Below, one piece after another: positions 48,942-49,649 of a stretch of DNA of 49,649 bases. The position numbers were made by a program, and so were the translations under genes. The notes under the pieces were generated by a model that saw only the letters and a program-made list of their open reading frames with translations, searched no databases and was not told the DNA's origin. Positions within the stretch are counted from its first letter, which is position 1; each line of letters starts with the position of its first letter. The stretch covers positions 1 through 49,649 of the forward strand of contig JAAYDG010000052.1 of the NCBI GenBank assembly GCA_012729355.1, written 5' to 3'. This stretch comes from Clostridiales bacterium. Its GTDB lineage: Bacteria; Bacillota; Clostridia; Peptostreptococcales; Anaerovoracaceae.

Positions 48942-49649
48942 TCATTCCCGGTCGAGCTGCAGTTCCCGGAGGAACACCTGCCGTACACTGGAGTTCTCGT
49001 TTCGGATCGATTTCATTTCGAAGCCTTTTAACGACTTCAGGAAAGGGGTCAGCTTGGGAAATCCGTAGTTGCGGACATCGAAGTCCGGATAGCGCTTCAG
49101 CAGGCGATTCCCCAGGTCGCTGATAGAGACCCAGCCGTCTTCGTCGGAGTTTTCTGCGATGATGGTGGCAATTGCGGTCCGAATGGTTTCCAGGCTCGTC
49201 ACTTCGTCGCCCAGAAAATCATCGTCGTCCTCTACGGGGACGATGCCCACATCGGGTGCTTTGTATTTGTCGCTCTTGAGCTCTTTATCCACTTTCGTGG
49301 GGGCTTTCGTCTTGCTTGCCTGCTTGGGTGGAACGATTTTGGCTGTCTTGGAGGAAGAGGACCTGGATCTGGAGGAACTCTTGCTCTTGTCGGCGCCCAT
49401 GTTCGCTCCGCCGGACAGAATGTCCAGATATTTGAACTTGTTGCATGCGGATATAAACGCTTTCGGAGTTTTCTTTTCGCCCATGCCTACGACCATCATG
49501 CCGGATTCCCGAAGTCTGGATGCGAGCCGTGTAAAATCGCTGTCGCTGGTGACCAGGCAGAACCCCTCCACGTTGTCGGAATACAGGATATCCATGGCGT
49601 CGATGATCATAGCCGAGTCTGTGGCATTTTTCCCCGTCGTGTAGCCGTA
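48942..49649 (-). CDS. NYN-domain (LabA-like) protein with Ser/Lys-rich linker and C-terminal OST-HTH/LOTUS domain, N-terminus outside the window
   Basis: The reading frame is open to the window edge: YGYTTGKNATDSAMIIDAMDILYSDNVEGFCLVTSDSDFTRLASRLRESG..VVG.G (NYN core). It continues with the linker ...KSKSSSRSRSSSSKTAK... and then ...EDGWVSISDLGNRLLKRYPDFDVRNYGFPKLTPFLKSL (LOTUS-like). Confidence 0.8.
   Translation of the reverse strand, partial: YGYTTGKNATDSAMIIDAMDILYSDNVEGFCLVTSDSDFTRLASRLRESGMMVVGMGEKKTPKAFISACNKFKYLDILSGGANMGADKSKSSSRSRSSSSKTAKIVPPKQASKTKAPTKVDKELKSDKYKAPDVGIVPVEDDDDFLGDEVTSLETIRTAIATIIAENSDEDGWVSISDLGNRLLKRYPDFDVRNYGFPKLTPFLKSLKGFEMKSIRNENSSVRQVFLRELQLDRE

Overview
High-GC (about 58-60% by eye) chromosomal segment with Firmicutes/Clostridia hallmarks: a T-box leader, pcrA-ligA, SRP RNA-dnaX-ybaB-recR synteny, AddA, and an anaerobe-type perR-rubrerythrin-desulfoferrodoxin operon. 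I support 48 protein genes (two cut by the window edges), one SRP RNA, one Trp-specific T-box riboswitch, several near-consensus sigma-A promoters and several intrinsic terminators. I found no rRNA, tRNA, CRISPR array, transposase, integrase or phage gene. The window is mostly core housekeeping: DNA repair and replication, glycolysis, nucleoside salvage, oxidative stress, and peptide and amino-acid transport. Many long ORFs in the supplied track are antisense shadows typical of high-GC DNA, and I rejected them. No clear-cut new system is visible. The best lead is a divergent cluster at 42.2-47.1 kb with two U32 family Fe-S proteins flanking two SDR reductases, next to an atypical LysA-like decarboxylase. 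Secondary leads are an AddA gene without adjacent AddB but co-transcribed with DJ-1 and TrpH-like PHP genes, a NYN-LOTUS gene translationally coupled to rnhB, a Trp T-box controlling an uncharacterised ABC importer, and a D-aminoacylase plus leaderless class A beta-lactamase-like pair inside the dnaX-to-ychF string. All functional calls come from motif reading by eye, with no database search.
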